The notes beneath the pieces are model-generated. The model searched no databases. It was given only the letters and a program-made list of their open reading frames with translations, and had not been told where the DNA came from. From positions 1 through 64,000 of the forward strand of contig JALJEE010002208.1 of NCBI GenBank assembly GCA_023231475.1: a DNA stretch of 64,000 nt, read 5' to 3'. Source of the DNA: Seison nebaliae (lineage: Eukaryota). The stretch's first letter is position 1; every line of letters starts with the position of its first letter. Below are positions 37,055-50,253 of the stretch, one piece after another. A program made the position numbers and the translations under genes.

Positions 37055-38641
37055 ATTCCAAGAGAATTTTCAATTCCTTCAAAAAAACATTCAACTTCCA
37101 AGAATTTTTTTGGGGAATTCCATAACAAATTTTTATAGATTTCTAATATTTGTCTAAGAACTTTGACGCATCACAATTTATTGTTTTCCTTAGACATATC
37201 TCTCTCTCTCTCTCTCTCTTTCTATCTCTCAATTTTTCTTTGTCTGAAAATTTTTCTTCGTAAAATTTCTTCAAATTTATCTCCAAACTTTCTTCTCGTC
37301 AATGAACGGAATTTTGATGGTTTTAAGTGTACGACAACTTTTTTTTTACTGTTCGTCACTTATTGATCAAATATCACCACGTCTCAAACACTTTCATTCC
37401 AAGCGATGGTTCTTGATGGAAATTTTAATTTATTTTCGTTTTCTGAACTATCTATCTCAAACGAGATTTCTATCTTCTGGTTTTGATTCATCTCTCTTTC
37501 GACTTATCATGTGCGAGATGTGTGACCTCATCATTCCTACCGTTGATAAGACCATCAAATATTCCGTCTCATATTATTTCCATTTAATCCTTCACATTTG
37601 GATCGTTACTCATTGTTATTGTCGTTAAAAATTGAAGAAATTATTTTCTTTCAAATAAAATATATTTGGAAAACTTTTTATTTTATATTTTTACGAATTT
37701 TTCCACAGAAATTTTCAAACTAACATTAACTTTTTTCAATTTCACTTTCACAAACATGAGAAATTCGAAATACTTGGTGTGATGAGGAACGAAGCGTTAA
37801 AAATAAGAAAATTATCAAGTTGGAAAGAAGGAGGAAGAATTATGATGATGCATATGAAACTTGCTTCTACTTTAAAAAATCATATGTTTAAAGATTAAAG
37901 TGGAAAGAATGTGAAGAATTAATAGATGTCATAAATCAGATCCGATACAAATTTATACAAATTATTTTATCAGAAAAAATAATTTTTCATCTTTTCATTG
38001 TCCAAAAAGAAGAGCTCCAAATTGTTCGTTTTTTTTTCTCTCAAAATTTTAAGATTTTAATTGAAAGCGTTTCGCGAAGAAATTGTTCAGTTCATATCGT
38101 TCATAGTTATTGGAAAGAATGTTAACTTAACATAAATGTCGAACGTTTTTAAATTTTATTTTATTACTTCATTTTTTATCTTAGGAAGTTAAGAGAATTT
38201 TATTTGGAAAGTTTTTCAAAAATGAAAGAGGTAATGAATTCACAAATTACAATAAAGTCTCACGACTTCAGTTCAATAAGAATGGTTCGTTTAGGTAAAA
38301 ACAATTGTGAGTGGAAACAGGCAGTGGCTTGTTCTCAAAAAATTCACAAAGTAATTATTTACAAAAGGAGAGAAGAGTAAAATAAGTATTTCTATTTACA
38401 AATGGGAATTAGCTACACATTTGACTACTCTTAGGATTGAGACGAACTTACTCTTCTTTATCTGACGTACATAAGGAGTTGACAAAGTATTATTGTCCAT
38501 CAAAGTGGATGAGAAATACATGAATTGAAAGCCAACATTTACTCATCCAATCGACCAGTGATCGCACTAACATTATTAAGTTTGATAATTATTAATAAAT
38601 TGGAAAGTTCAAATAATTTTGAATTAATTACAAAATTAAAT

Positions 38642-41349
38642 ATGAAAATTTTAATTCTTCAACTTTCAACAATTTCAATCATCTTAACTTTCATCAATTG
38701 CACATCATGGAAAGATGAAAGATCAATTTTAGACGATTTCATCCGACGACGTTTGGGAGATGAGTTTGTCGATAAATTTCAAATTGTTCTTCGTCCTCAA
38801 CCGGAATTGAATGATTATTTTACTTTTTATTCGAAATCGAATGAAATTGGAATTGTTGCAAATAATGTTCTCAGTTGTATAGTGGGAATAAATCATTACA
38901 TGAAATATCATCTTAATCAAACAATGACATGGGCAGGAGAATCGACTGGATTTGATGTTTCGATTTATCATTTACCTTATGTTCCATTCACCACTATCCA
39001 AATCAAAGAGAAATATCGATATTATCTCAACATTTGTACTCTAAGTTATTCGACGGTATGGTGGAATTGGGAACGATGGGAAAGAGAGATCGATTGGATG
39101 GCAATGAATGGAATAAATCTGGTTCTGGTATTGGGTGGGACAGAATCGATTTGGAATAAAGTTTTTATAGAATTTGGCTTATCTCAAAATGAAATTGATG
39201 AATTTTTATCGGGACCTGCTTTTCTCGCATGGCATCGAATGGGCAATTTACATTCTTATGCGACGCCTTTATCATCCTCATGGAAATTGAGACAAATTCA
39301 ATTGCAGAAATTAATAATGAAACGTTTGAACGAATTCGGAATTAATCCAGTTCTTCCTGCATTTCCTGGTTTTGTACCACAGCAAATGTTACGACATTAT
39401 CCGTCGATGAAAGTGTCAGAATTGGGAGAATGGGCACAATTCGAATGTGAATTTAGTTGTTCATTTCTTGTGGATCCGAATGACGAGATGTTTCTTCGAA
39501 TTGGGAAACGATTCGTCGAATTGACAATTGAAGAATTTGGAACGAGTAATTATTATTCGTGTGATGTCTTCAATGAAATGACACCAACATCGTCCAGTTT
39601 ATCGTATTTGAAGAAAGTGAATGAAGCAATTTATAATTCGATTCAATCAGCCGATCCAAAAGCCATTTGGGTCATGCAAGCTTGGGTATTCTTAAATCCG
39701 TTTTGGAATGATCCGGAACGTGTTCGATTCTTTCTCAGTGGAATACCAAAAGATAGATTGATTCTTTTAGATTTGGCAGCGGAAGAAGATCCACAATATG
39801 TTCGATATGAATCGTTTTTCGGTTATTCTTTCATTTGGAATATGTTACATGATTTTGGTGGAACGTTACCGATGCATGGAAATTTGAAAAATGTGAATGA
39901 CGGATTATTGAGATCGAAGAATTATAATGGAAGTAGTATGATTGGTATTGGTACGACAATGGAAGGAATTAATCAAAATGAAATAATGTATGATTTCCTT
40001 TATGAACGTGCATTCCTCCCTCATTTGAATGAGGAAGATATGAGAGTTTGGGTCACTTTATTCACTCAACGACGTTATGGGAGACAATATGAATTATTGG
40101 TGAATGCTTGGCATCTCTTATATGAGAGTGTGTATTCATCATTTAATGGTGGATCACATATTTTATGGGAGGTACATCCTACATTAAATCTTCCCGTTGG
40201 TATTGGATATAATGTGAGTATTCTATGTGAAGCATGGGATAAATTCTATCTAACATTAAATGAAGAAGGAAGAAATGATAAACTTCAATATCAACAACTC
40301 TATCAATATGATGTGGTGGATGTGACGAAAGAAGTGTTACGCGCCGTCTTTTCCATCGTTTATGACGAGATGATTGACGGATATAAAGCGGGAGATTTAG
40401 AAGCGGTAAAGTTTCTTTTCTCCTTTTGTTCTTATTAATCGCCTTCGGTCTAATAAGTTTTTGGTCTCATATGTTATTGGAAGTAATAAGCGATGCTGAT
40501 AAATTATTAGGAAGCGCCCCACAATTCCTTTATGGAAAATGGTTAGAAGATGCGACAAAGACAGCCAATAACAGTGAAGAAGGAGCAAATTATCGACATA
40601 ACGCTAGACTACAAGTTACTACTTGGGGCTATCAACACACACGACAAGTTACCTTCTTATTATTCTTTGTTGATTGACGGAAAATGTTAATACTTCTTCT
40701 CCATCCCATTAATATTATTCTACTTATTATGACTGTCGATTTCATCAATCATTTATTCTTATCTTTCAATTCTTATCAATAATTTCATCGAGAATAAATT
40801 TGGTGAATCGACGTAAGATTATGAATTCGCTTAATCGTCTTAATTCCGAATGCATTCTATAACTAATTCTCTTTCATTCTCCTTCACTCCTCCCACTTCA
40901 TTTCACATATTCTCTCCAAATTACTCGAGGTCGACGACAATTACTTACTCGTCAAGTGTTCCCTCTTAATTTGTTGACTGTTTCTCCTCATGCGAAAGTT
41001 GAACGGATTAATCTTTTCAAATTTATTCCTACTAATCTCATAAGTTCAAATTAATAATTCTTTTCGTTTAAAGATCCGAGATTATGCGAGTAAATCCTGG
41101 TCCGGTCTACTCAGCGGTTACTATTTCCATCGATGGCAGTTGTTTGTCAGTATGTTGGAGACGGCAGTAGAGAGTGGGGTATCCTTCAATCAGAACGAAT
41201 TCGAAATTCTCTCATGGAATTTGATCGATGAACCATTCTTAGAAGAAGATCGAACCGATGTACCATCGACGGTTTCAGGTGATTTCCGATTAATAGCGAG
41301 TGAAATGTATGAGAAATATCGATATATCTTTCTCGATTTGAATTGGTAA
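38642..41349 (+). CDS. NAGLU: Alpha-N-acetylglucosaminidase (GH89), 3 exons
   Basis: YRYYLNICTLSYSTVWWNWERWEREIDWMAMNGINL, GPAFLAWHRMGN, DVFNEM, TMEGINQN, NARLQVTTWG, IRDYASKSWSGL. Introns 40411-40457 and 40648-41073. Confidence 0.95.
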
Positions 41350-44300
41350 AAATCGTAATATTGAGAAAATGGAAATCTACTCGAAACAATCATTCCATCA
41401 TCACCAATCTTCTTTCCCATTCGATACTGGTCCATTTTGATACATATCCATATTTTTCTAGTAGTTTTATTTAAAATATCTTTTATCATAATTAATTCAT
41501 TTCACAATAACATAAAATTCATTCCAAATAATTTACCTCTCCCTCATTGGTGACTGTCTCGTAATTCGAACCGAATTGATGAGAGGAGATAAATTGAAGG
41601 GAAATGATGTAGCGTTCAATTAATCAGTTAGGTGGTGTTCTCATGTACATTATGATTATGGGAGTATGGTGATCATGAGGAGTAGGATGGAAAATAAAGA
41701 ACGGATGAAATCCACTTTCTCCCAACAGTCGATTAGAGCACGAGAGAGCATAGTTGAGAGAGGAATGAATGAATTATTACGTATTTCCCTCCACATTCTC
41801 TTCGAATAATAAAAGAACTAATCAAACTTTCCAACTAATAACATGTTCAACGACACAAATCGAAAGAATTGCTTCGTCCATTATATCAATATTTGCTGAA
41901 AACATGAGAGATTAATACTTCATAATACTATACTTCAATTCGCTAGTCGTTTCTATTATCCTTCTCCAATTTACACCAAATGTGACAACAGATCACAATC
42001 TACAAATTCTACAAATTTCCAATATCGGACTTATATACAATCCAAATTTTACTTTCCATTTCCAATTTTCCATCAGATTAATGATTTATCAATAACGACT
42101 CAATTATTATGTTCATCTGTTCCTCCAACAAATCATTCGTCGTTATTCTTCCATACGTCAATCGAAAAAAAAAAGGATTTGGACAAATATTATAAATATT
42201 TCGATTTTATGACAGTTGTTATTGACATATTCTTTTCTATCATTATCATCGATTTTCATTCTCCAATTGAATTAAATTGAATAGAATCGAATTAATAAGT
42301 CGAATTACCTGACAGTATGTCGTTCTTTGAAAACTCAATGCTAACGGATCATGTTATTATCAGAATTCAGTTTCAAATTTCGTTTTCATTTCGTTTATTG
42401 AATCACATCAAATCGTATCAAACCGTATTCGTATCAAACAATTTTTTTACTTTTTCACTTTTCCACTTCTTAATCGAATGCTGATCGGCAATCAACAAAA
42501 ATATAACAAATCGTGTTGACTGTCGATTAATAATGTTTTTAGTGAAATGTTGTTGGGATGCATGTCGAATCACATTTCTACTACGCAATTAATCGACATT
42601 TATCATCGCTAATATATATATACAGTATATTCCAATAACGGTTAACATCAGTTAAAGAGTGATGGGAAATTATTGGTCGATCGGGAGGAAAAGGAAGAAA
42701 TCTTGAATTATTTTATTAATTAATCCGTTTCTCCAATTTCCATTTGAAAAATGGAATGAAATTGGATAATACGTAATTCGATATAACGAGTTATTGTGAA
42801 AAATATACTCACAAATCTACTGTTAGCGATTATTATTTGTATTACGATAACAATTGTCTAATAAGGGAATTGAAGTATTCATATTGATAAATCATCCGAA
42901 TTTTATCATATTAAATACAATCGAATATGCATTATTCATCATATTCTCATTCTTGTCGTCCCTGCCTCTCCTTTATCTCCTTGTCTCGCCTTTCTTTATT
43001 CATCTTTCTAATTTGGCAGATTCAACTGAAAACTTCTACATCTTCCCATGATCAACATCCAATCCTTTCTCACAAAAACTTATCTTCACTTTACCTAAAA
43101 CAAAATTCTATGAAATCAATCATTCGTATTAGAAATCTCCTATTATAAAGAATTCTTAGTGGACAAGCACTGTACGAGGACATATAGTAATCTATCGAAG
43201 CTCGATGAACATGTCGTTGATCCAACAACAACTATTTACGATATTTTGAGATGATTTATAAAAAAAATAGAATAATGTCAAAAGATGTAATAATGTACAG
43301 TCAAAAAATGACGGACGATAGTGCTATTCTAATCGTCTGAACATTTTGTTATAAGACTCTGATTTATTTATTGAATTTATAAAAACTCTTTTCATAAAAA
43401 CTGTTTTTCAATGATGACAATTGATATGTCCGTCCGACCAGTATCATTTTGCTTTAACTTGTTACTGCCAATGTTGTTGTTGTTGTGTGAAGGAATTTAA
43501 GTTTGGAAGGAGAGTAGGATAAAAATGAATTAGGAAGAAGAAGAAACTAACTTCAATTTCAGTCACTTACATTTCTTCAATAGTTCCAGAATGACTCGTA
43601 TATCTCAAAAATATTTCGATACTTCTCCACTAAAGTTCTAGGTAAATATTTTCCCACTAAAATACGAGAAGTGTTTTTTTTCCTTCAAAACTGATTAACC
43701 ACTTAAATTATGGCCCATGAGAATAATTTGTGGAAAATAGAGAATAGAATGACAAAGCCCAAAAACATTTTATACAATTCTTATTCTCAAACAGATATTA
43801 TTCATATAAATTATATAAATATCATATTAAAACCAATTTCTTGTGTATGTCTAAAATAAGTTTTTTCGAATAATTTTAAGTATATATTGTCCGAAAGTTG
43901 TGGAACTGAAGTCACTGTTTCGTCCTAGAATGATTTCATCCATCCTATCGTTATATCGATGGTTAATTCGATGATTAAGGCTGAAAATAAGAAGTTCATT
44001 CATTAACGAAACGAATGAATTAGCTGAAATAAATACAAGAAACCGGGGAAGGAAACAGGATAGATAATCCGCATCCAAAACAAAATGAAGAGTAAAATAA
44101 TTTATTATTATTTTTTCTTCAACTGATTCATAGGTGGAAGATCCGTATTCAATTGATAAGGTACAATAATTTGAGTTAAAGTGATTGGAAAGTAGATTGA
44201 GAGAAATGGGAGAAAAGTTGGTAAATTGGTAGGAAGGTTGGAAGGGAATGTTCGAGAACTGTATGGAAAAATGTAAGTTAGTTACGATTCACCATGTCTC

Positions 44301-45949
44301 TCATCTCACTGGGAAGATGTGCTTGCACTTCTATCTTATTTGTTCATTTGTGTATATATATATATGTGAATGTGTGCATGTAAAAGTGTTGGCGAATTGT
44401 ATTCAATAATTTTAATCAGATTAATATCATCATCATCATCATTCTCACCATTCGATGATAGACAAGATAAGTATTGATTTATCCTGAGAAAATACTTGTG
44501 AAAATAATTTAATATATCCTATGACTCAATAGTTCCATGTTTTCCTGATATTAACACTAATTATTTATTAAAGAGAATCCTTTTATACATAATTATCATC
44601 ATCATCATAATTGTTATGAGCATATCCTTTCTCGAATGACCTATATGTTGAGGGGACATCGAAGATTTTATTGGGGCAAGTAAAAGGATTCAGCTGCTTT
44701 TACTGTAACTAACTCGAATTGGACTATTATTGGAATTGCCATCTCTCTTTAATATTTTCGATCGTTCTGAAATATATGCAGGAAAGTGAACATCATTCCG
44801 ATGCTGGTACTAGAGCTTAGATGATTGTTGTTAAAAAGATTTTATAAATATCGTTACTAATTATTATTAGGAATAGTTTTTTCTTTCGTTGAAGCAGACC
44901 GAATAGTGAACGAATGAAGATAAGCTAGCGAAATGTGAGAAAAACGAAAAATGAAGAGATGAGGAGGAATGTGCCTTAGAAAAGCAACAAAGGAATTCTT
45001 ATGACCATCATCATCATCATCTTCATAAAGAACATCAGTAGCCATACATGTCAATTACGTGCCAGCAAATTTATTAAATGAATGAACAGTTTCTTTAATA
45101 AGAACTTTGAATATGTCTACACTTCGTCCATAATTCATACGACATCTGCTTTCGGTTCGATTCAATTTTGTTCGTCGACATTCAACTAAATATTCCCATC
45201 CCCTCTCGCTTTCTCCTTCACATGTTGCGCGTATATGTTGCTTCAGGTAAGTAAGTAGGAATTTTCATGAAAAAAATAATTTTCAATCTGTTTATATATC
45301 TGTCTGATTTCGAGGGTAACTTGAAGAACGAACTGATTATTTATCGGAACGTTTTCTTCTCGATCGCCCCTACTCGATCAACGGACCAATTCATTTTCTT
45401 CAAATGATAAACTTTAATAAATCCATCAATCATTACCAATAAAATTATTGTTCGACGATGATCAACAATTTCGAATTATCCTTTCGTCATACCATATGGT
45501 TCCATCGCCTTTCTAATCTGATTCCAATCGGAACATCACATTTCATAAAATTTTAACTTTCCATTAGAATATTCGTTAGAATATCAGAATGATGTTGATG
45601 GATAAGTTTTTTTTCTTCTTCTTCTTCTCCTTCCACATTTACATCCATTCGATTTCCATTCATTTCCTTCTTGTATAACTTCTTCCCATTAATTGAACAT
45701 ATAAAATTTATCATTATCGGATTGATGTTAGGGGTGATTCGATTTGTGAAATACTTTATTTTCATTATACCATTTTCCATAAACTTTCTTCTTAGATCTC
45801 AGGTTGAAGGAAAAGGGTAGTAGAGGAATCGTTTTGATTTTCCAATAAATTGTTTATGAATAATTGGAATCAGTTCTTTCTTTTTTCTTACTCAAAAATC
45901 GAGAGTAGTTTCATCTGAGAAGATTCCTTCTTTCCTGACGGAACTATTC

Positions 45950-45973
45950 GAGAGAGAGAGAGAGAGAGAGAGA
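45950..45973. repeat. (GA)n microsatellite
   Basis: About 12 GA units just upstream of the Cys-loop receptor ATG. Confidence 0.8.
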
Positions 45974-46031
45974 CAGAAGTGCCGAATCTCATTACTCTCA
46001 AGAAACGAAATTGAAAAGAAGATCATTATAA

Positions 46032-48425
46032 ATGAGTCATTTTAAATCAATCAAATTCATTTGTATCATCATTCTCATGTTGATCATATCACAATTCTCT
46101 CATTTATGCGAAGGAAAAGATGAGAGTGGAGTGAAGAAAACGGAGAAGAATGAAGATGACGAAGAAGACGAAGAATCGTGGAGGAATGACAAAGCCTATC
46201 GTTATTGTGCGAAAGAGCCGGAAGTGAAAGAGCCGAGAATGAATGAACTTCTTGAAAAGTTGACATACAACTACGATCTGGATGTGCCCCCAGTGTTAGA
46301 AGATGGAAATGCGAACGGATGTCCGATTAATTTGAAAATCGATTTGAAAATTGAACAGATTTTCGAAGTAAACGAAATCGAACAAACTCTGACATTTATG
46401 GCAGAATTGTATTTGAGATGGACGGACAAGAGACTCGCATGGAATCATACCAGTTTGAGTCATGACGTTCGATGGACATTCATTCCAAAGAATCGGATAT
46501 GGATGCCCGACATTTATCTCTATGAGAATATGGCGAAGGAATATGCTTCCGATATGTTACCTCGCAGCTATGTTCTGTTGAAGTATGATGGAAGTATTCG
46601 ATTTAATATGCCCATGATCGCTAAAACCAGTTGTCAAATCAATATTGCTAATTTCCCATACGATGTCCAGACATGTAACATCTCTTTAGGATCATATGTA
46701 ATGGACGATCGTTATATTCGATTAACTCGAGTCATTCGTTTAACGAAAGCCGATGAACAATTGTATGAGAATGATCAATGGAAATTGAACAAATTCCGAA
46801 CTGTCAAGTATTATAGTAAAGATCCTCAAAACAACAATTTCTCGGTCATCTCCTTCCAAATCGAATTAGAAAGGAAACCGTTATTCTACATGATATATCT
46901 CGTCTCTCCGGTCATATTTATGGCATTTCTTGCTCCTGCTGTTTTCCTGATACCGGTGGAGAGTGGCGAACGAATCTCTTACAGTGTCACACTTCTTTTG
47001 ACGTTGATGATTTTCCTCCAAATCGTCATGACTCTAATGCCGAAAACATCGACAGAAATGCCGAAGATCAGCATTTTTTATCTTACCGTTATTACGAAAT
47101 GTGCTCTCACATTAATCGTTAACATCATCATCGTTAACATTCATCATCGTGCGAAAATTAAACATCGATTATCTTCTCCATTACCCAAATATCTCATCAC
47201 CATTTTCACTTATCTCGCTTATTTGACTTGTTGTGCTAATCGGATTCCATCGTATTGGAAAGAATCGTTCAAAGCTCCACATCGTAAAAATTCTTTTAGG
47301 AATACAACGAAGAATAATTCGATTAATATGACGACAAATGTCGATGATATTATCTCGACCAAATCCATTTTGTCTGCTAATAATCTCGCAACAATCGATG
47401 ATAAGACGACATCCAATTACACTTATATTAACGAAGGTAAACGTGATGCAATCGGAGTCATTCTAATAAGTCCGACGGCTGCTGAGAATAATTGTCGTAG
47501 CAATATATGCATGCCCATCAATCAAGAGAAGAATGATGATTATTATGATGAGCAGATATTGTCGTTGAAAAAGAAGAATAGTTTGAAAAGATTTTTGGAT
47601 AATGATACATCCAATTATCGATCATTATCGACATCACGAAGTCAATATTCCAATCAGCCATCTGTTAATCGATCGATCAATCGAACACTTTCCTCTTCCA
47701 CTCATCGTTGTAACGGATTGAAAATGGATTCGACATGTTCCCATTGTAATGGAATGATGGAGAACGATATTCATCGTCAAATCGAATCGTTAAGAAAATT
47801 CTCGAGCAATTGTAAATTGCCACCCAATTGCGTTGATGAGAGAAGAACGAAAGTTAATAAGAAAAAACGGAAAAAGAAGAAAGAAGTGAAGAAATATCCA
47901 GATGTCATTCAGAAACAAAATCAATCGAATAATCTGAGACGATATGATCATATCGATTATTTCGTACACAATCTCAAGAATAAGGAAACGAAACCGAAGA
48001 ACGAAATCAGAAAGAGGAAATCTTATAAAATTTTCAATTCTCCCAATTTCTATGAAGAGAACAACAACAACAATAATAATAATGGAAATAAGATATCAGC
48101 GAATAATTTTAATGAAGCACAATTCGAATTGGATATAAAAGAATCAGAAGAAACATTTTATAAACGTTTGAATAATCAATCGAACAACGACGATCATCCT
48201 AATCGTAATAAAATCGTTCAGAAGAGGAGGAAGATGGATGAAGAAGAAAGTGGGAATGACAGTGAAGATGATCATATTCATCAGAAGTATGCAACGAATA
48301 TTGATACATCATATGATTGGATTCTCGTATCGATAATATTGGACAGAATCATGATCGTTTTGGCTTTTATTATTCTCTTTTTCATCGTCATTTTTTTCAT
48401 TACAACACTAATGCTCGCTAATTAG
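46032..48425 (+). CDS. Cys-loop ligand-gated cation channel subunit (nAChR/5-HT3-like, non-alpha)
   Basis: Signal peptide, WTDKRLAW, IWMPDIYLYE, Cys-loop CQINIANFPYDVQTC, M1-M3, ESGERISYSVTLLL (cation-type M2), long M3-M4 loop, M4 DWILVSIILDR. No vicinal loop-C cysteines. Confidence 0.92.
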   Translation: MSHFKSIKFICIIILMLIISQFSHLCEGKDESGVKKTEKNEDDEEDEESWRNDKAYRYCAKEPEVKEPRMNELLEKLTYNYDLDVPPVLEDGNANGCPINLKIDLKIEQIFEVNEIEQTLTFMAELYLRWTDKRLAWNHTSLSHDVRWTFIPKNRIWMPDIYLYENMAKEYASDMLPRSYVLLKYDGSIRFNMPMIAKTSCQINIANFPYDVQTCNISLGSYVMDDRYIRLTRVIRLTKADEQLYENDQWKLNKFRTVKYYSKDPQNNNFSVISFQIELERKPLFYMIYLVSPVIFMAFLAPAVFLIPVESGERISYSVTLLLTLMIFLQIVMTLMPKTSTEMPKISIFYLTVITKCALTLIVNIIIVNIHHRAKIKHRLSSPLPKYLITIFTYLAYLTCCANRIPSYWKESFKAPHRKNSFRNTTKNNSINMTTNVDDIISTKSILSANNLATIDDKTTSNYTYINEGKRDAIGVILISPTAAENNCRSNICMPINQEKNDDYYDEQILSLKKKNSLKRFLDNDTSNYRSLSTSRSQYSNQPSVNRSINRTLSSSTHRCNGLKMDSTCSHCNGMMENDIHRQIESLRKFSSNCKLPPNCVDERRTKVNKKKRKKKKEVKKYPDVIQKQNQSNNLRRYDHIDYFVHNLKNKETKPKNEIRKRKSYKIFNSPNFYEENNNNNNNNGNKISANNFNEAQFELDIKESEETFYKRLNNQSNNDDHPNRNKIVQKRRKMDEEESGNDSEDDHIHQKYATNIDTSYDWILVSIILDRIMIVLAFIILFFIVIFFITTLMLAN

Positions 48426-48616
48426 AGAATTTATTGAGTCAATTGATCAGCTCATTCTCTTCTCTGCACAACTTCCTTTATGTTCGTCACTACATTATCG
48501 CATGAACAATTCACTACAAATAATTTTTTTTATTTAAAATTTAATAAATTTTATTTTTCTTAAAAAACTCTTTAAATTCATCATAAAAAGAAATTATTAT
48601 TAAAAATTATTGGAAA

Positions 48617-50222
48617 TTAAATATAGAAAAGATAATTATTCATTGATGCAGGTCGAACGGAAATATGAAGAGAATCCATACGATTCATGACGTAACATTT
48701 TAGTGAATCCATTGGAATTCCCGTTAAATGGGAAATTTCAAAAATATTTCTTTCTTTCTCCATTAGATATCGATCGAGTTCAGTATAACGTGCGATCGAA
48801 TCGTTTAATCGATAAACATATTCATTTAATGGAATAAGAAAACGTGTTTGTAATAACCAATCGACGATATCTGATGAAATTTGTCGAATGAATTTCTTAT
48901 AAAATTCTTCGTATAGAAAAATCGATCTCTCCGATTCGATAAGAAGGATTGATCGTTTTACCCGACAAATCAAATCTTTGATGAAAATTTCCAAATCGTG
49001 AACGGTCGTCACTTCATGTGAGACACGTTGGAGAATGGTTAAAAGAGAGAAGGAACGAACATTCGGTTGAGATACTCTTGAAAATAAATTCAATTTCTCG
49101 TTCACATTCCCAGAATAACCATTATTGGAGTTGTCGTTCCATTTCAAATTTGAATGTGCCATTCCATTCGAGGAATCGTAATAATTCCGTCCCGACGACG
49201 GAGTCGACATAACTGGACTTCCATTCTCATTATCATTCATATGAAAATCCGAATGATTTGATTCGAAATCATCTCGATCGCTAAGATAATTGAATGACAT
49301 ATTCCATCGTGCAGGAAATAATGGCAATTGAATTTGATCATATTGGAAATTGACATTAACCGTAAATGTTCGACATAACATTCTTGCATTATATTCAACT
49401 TCTCCGAATGGAACGGCACTTGGACATAACACCTTCTCCGCACTCAAGTTAGCGATTTCTGGTTTCAGTTTCGTTTCATTGACGAAAACGGTCGTGTTAT
49501 GATATCGATTATCTATACTGAGAGTGAACAATTGTCCATTGACATCGTCCAATTTATTCGCTACTAATTTACTTCCTTTCTTCTTAACTCGATAGAATTG
49601 TGTCAATTCTTCGAATCGATTCTGATTCACTTCGTGAAGTATCGGTATTTCATAACCATAATCATTATCTCCTTCCTCCACTGCCGTATCAATATCGATA
49701 TCAGTTGTTAGAGAAGAATCATTATTCATCTCCTTTCGATTCTTATGGAGGGTAGTAAGAATTCGTTCTTGTAAAGCAGTGGAGAAAAGATGATGACATG
49801 TCGTCCGATAAAGATGTCGATGGAGCATCACTTGAGAACTGATCATTTCATTACATCGATATGTCACTTTTTGCATCGGTTCGGTTCGTTGATATTCATC
49901 TGAATTGACATCGTTATCCATCGAATTGTTGACGGCCCATTGAACAACGTCTCGAACATTAATCTCTTCTGATTTGTCGAGTGCCAGTGAAATATTCGGA
50001 TTAATAATGAGACGTGTCGATGAATTAATGACGCATGGAAGTATGGCAATTGACGCCAATTTAATTAAGTGAATGAAAAGTGGTTGTAATTCTTTGAAGG
50101 TGAAATTGAGTTGTTCACTAATCTCATTTAATGAATATCGTCGATTCAATTTTGAATAAAGACGATAGAAAAGATATCTTCTTTTCCAACGGAAATTATA
50201 ATCTGTATTATTTCTCTCAATC

Positions 50223-50253
<31 letters not shown>

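Noticed and set aside
2823..38641. TTG/GTG N-terminal extensions in the ORF track (2823, 34420, 38525)
   Set aside because: Eukaryotic genes; the first in-frame ATGs (2955, 34480, 38642) are used instead, and for HSP90B1 and NAGLU they give proper signal peptides.
6736..41349. Genome-wide alternative genetic code (UGA=Trp)
   Set aside because: Conserved Trp codons in NAGLU, FAK and COX5B are TGG, and TGA ends the sHSP, PAN-protein, FAK and COX5B genes.
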